Assembly (NCBI GenBank): GCA_026025075.1
Contig: JAPEUI010000044.1
Coordinates: 62,001-125,718 of the forward strand
Direction of reading: 5' to 3'
Length of the DNA stretch: 63,718 bases
DNA from: Vezdaea acicularis
Lineage: Eukaryota
The position numbers and the translations under genes are program-made. The stretch's first letter is position 1. Each line of letters starts with the position of its first letter. The notes beneath the pieces are model-generated. The model saw only the letters and a list, made by a program, of their open reading frames with translations. It ran no database searches and was not told the origin of the DNA. Positions 61,448 through 63,718 of the stretch are shown piece by piece.

Positions 61448-62395
61448 TTAGATAGTCTTGGGCGATCGACTGTTGCTTTAAGCTTGTTAGGGTGCATCAA
61501 CTAGCAGAGACTGGGGACATTGACGTAGAATTAGCACATGGAAAAGGAGAAAGGGACCCTTACGTAATCGCGACAATGTCATCGATGTGGTTGACCATAC
61601 TGACAAACAGATCGAAGAACATCTTGCCTCCCATTTCCATCTCCGCCTGCATCGTTCCGGAGCGCTTGAATGTATCGCGGCACCGAATGATGAGGGCCAG
61701 ATAATGAGCGCGGAGCTTGCCGTCACTATCCGGGGTGTTGTCATAAGCAAATCTAGCTGAGCGCAAGATGGTAGAGACCTCGATTCCGGACTGTAGCCCT
61801 TGCTTCCGAAGACTCAAGCGCTTCAGGTCCTCGAGACCAAACTTCTCCGCAACACAGTAGATGACGGTATCCTTGAGAACAAGGCCGCCCACGCCCGGAA
61901 GGTGGATTGTGGATTCGGCACCGCGACCGCCGGTTTTTTCGTCGACAATTTGCGCATCCTCAAGTTCCCAGGAGTTGTGTCGCTTGTTGTGCATCAAGCG
62001 CGGGTAGTAGTCACCTTTATAGAGAAACTCGAGGAGGCAACTGAAGACTTCGGGAATCTCATCGGGGAGGTCGATGCGCCTGTTGTGGGCTTCGACAAAC
62101 TGGCCACGACAGGCTGCTTCGAAGAAGGGTGACATGCAGAGGACGTCTTCGTGCGCCGCGAAGAGCCTTTGCTCTGGGCCGACGACCAAAGTGATGATCG
62201 CTGACGTCAGAGTGCTGGAAGAAGTGGAGTCAGACTTCAGTTCAGTTCGATTTCATGTTCATCGACTCACCTCCCAATCGGCGGGCTCGATGAAGCCGAC
62301 TTAGTCACCTTCAACTTAGCAGGATCCCGGAAACTTTTCCTGTGGGACCTCTTCGACTTCCCGACTCGATCTTTAGAGGTGAAGGAACGGAACAT
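61448..62395 (-). CDS. BTB/POZ-domain protein
   Basis: Exons 62395-62271, 62214-61564, 61475-61448; IITLVVGPEQRLFAAHEDVLCMSPFF...IDLPDEIPEVFSCLLEFLYKGDY; ends TNSRSPKTI*. Confidence 0.9.
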
Positions 62396-63718
62396 CTTTG
62401 CTGAGCGCTAGAAGCGAGTGACTGTGATGAGGTCTCTTCAAAAGATGGCAGAGACGTCGAAGTACAGGCAGCAAAAGAATGTGAGTGAAGGGGGTGGAAT
62501 TCCTAAAGGAGTGACGCGGGTTGCATTCGGAGGCTTTGGCAAGAGCCGTGGATGGGCCGAACCGCCTTTCTGCACGAGAAAGGTAGTGTCGACGTCCGCG
62601 CGATCTTGGAGGAGTTTCTCAGCCTGGCGTTGAAGAAGCGTGGGGAAAGGAAGATGAGTCGGGGATTTCGCGATCTTATGTAGGCGCGCCCCACGCACAG
62701 CCCTGGAGCCACGTGATCCATATCGTTGGCTGATCCCTCGGGCGCTAAGCGAGCATTGGTGATCGTGATTGGCCAATTGGGCTCGTCTCCAGACTTTCGC
62801 ATTGACGAGGCCGACAGCCTTGCTTACGCGGAGAACTTTGGTGCCTTGGGAACGGGCGCCTTACATAAAACTCGTTGCGCTGCGGGACTCTTAAAGGACT
62901 TTTGAACTTCCTAGAATTATTATGATCGATATTAGTCTTGTTTACTGCAATAAGCTGGTTGAAGGGAGGGTTAAAGTTCTCTAGTTGGAAAGTAGGCCGC
63001 CAGGTCGAAATTGCTAGGCGTAGGTATGGGGGGTTTCTGAACGTCACATTACCAGTGCACGTACCACCTTCGAACCATTGCATTGTTGGTCATAGGATGC
63101 TCTGGATAAGCAAGCAGTTGCCATCGCAACTGATGCGATCGAGGTGCGTTCTCGAACGCATGTCCACCCTTGCGGGGCAGCCTCCATTCGCCTTTCCCCC
63201 GACTTACGATCCCTTTTGCGAGAAAGTGGAATCACGAAATTAGGCGCATTACTCTCAGGATAAGGCAGCAGGTTCATCTTTCTCGTCCCAATCAGGCTTA
63301 GATCTACTCATGGGTAGAGCTTAATTCAATGTGCGCGCACGATGACTCACGTCACGACGGGTCGCAGCGAGAGAATCCCTCTGTACTCCGCATGTCCTTC
63401 GATCAATGTCGCTAAAGAAAGGGCGTCGCGATTTGGGAGTACGAGTGAGAGAGATTTTTGGGCAACTGCGTGCCTGTGCAAGAGCATCCCTGGGATACTG
63501 TTTCGGGGATCGCGAAAGCGAAGGTCCCAGGTAGCGGAAATCAAACACCCATTTCCCCGATGACTGGCCTATCTCCGGACAGCTCGCGGTTGACGTGGTT
63601 GTGCAACGCCCGGCTAAGACTTCGAAAACGTGACGCCGGCTACGACCAGGCAAGCTTTGACGAGGGGTCGGGAAAAATATCCCTTTCGAAGGCGTAGTCG
63701 GGACCCCGCCCGCACGGT

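Overview
Eukaryotic DNA from a filamentous ascomycete (Pezizomycotina-type): short GT-AG introns with CTRAC/CTAAY branch points and about 19 protein-coding genes. No rRNA, tRNA, CRISPR array or intact transposon was recognised. In order: 3' part of HIR3; a DPR-repeat dehydrin-like gene; a MAD1-type CFEM/GPI adhesin; an LtrA-like membrane protein; SEC11; a HeLo-like-N/SH3-like/RhoGAP-like fusion; a small Hva1-Tudor gene; a TBC Rab-GAP; a large secreted propeller + 5xWSC protein; an E2 enzyme; a SesA-NB-ARC-TPR fungal NLR; a kinesin-6; a conserved hypothetical membrane protein; an accessory-looking block at about 42.8-50.3 kb (175-bp tandem duplication, Myb-like gene with a cryptic RRM-like tail behind a TAG, 19-bp minisatellite with inverted copies, small secreted PTGSG-repeat protein, long hairpin); an FAD monooxygenase; a Psk1/Ypk3-like AGC kinase; a DUF3433 membrane protein; and a BTB protein. 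The most unusual items are the NLR, the HeLo-like fusion lacking a NOD, the interrupted Myb+RRM-like gene, a GC-AG stop-free intron in MAD1 and two candidate structured RNAs. All family calls are from motif recognition by eye and exon models were spliced by hand; no database searches were run.
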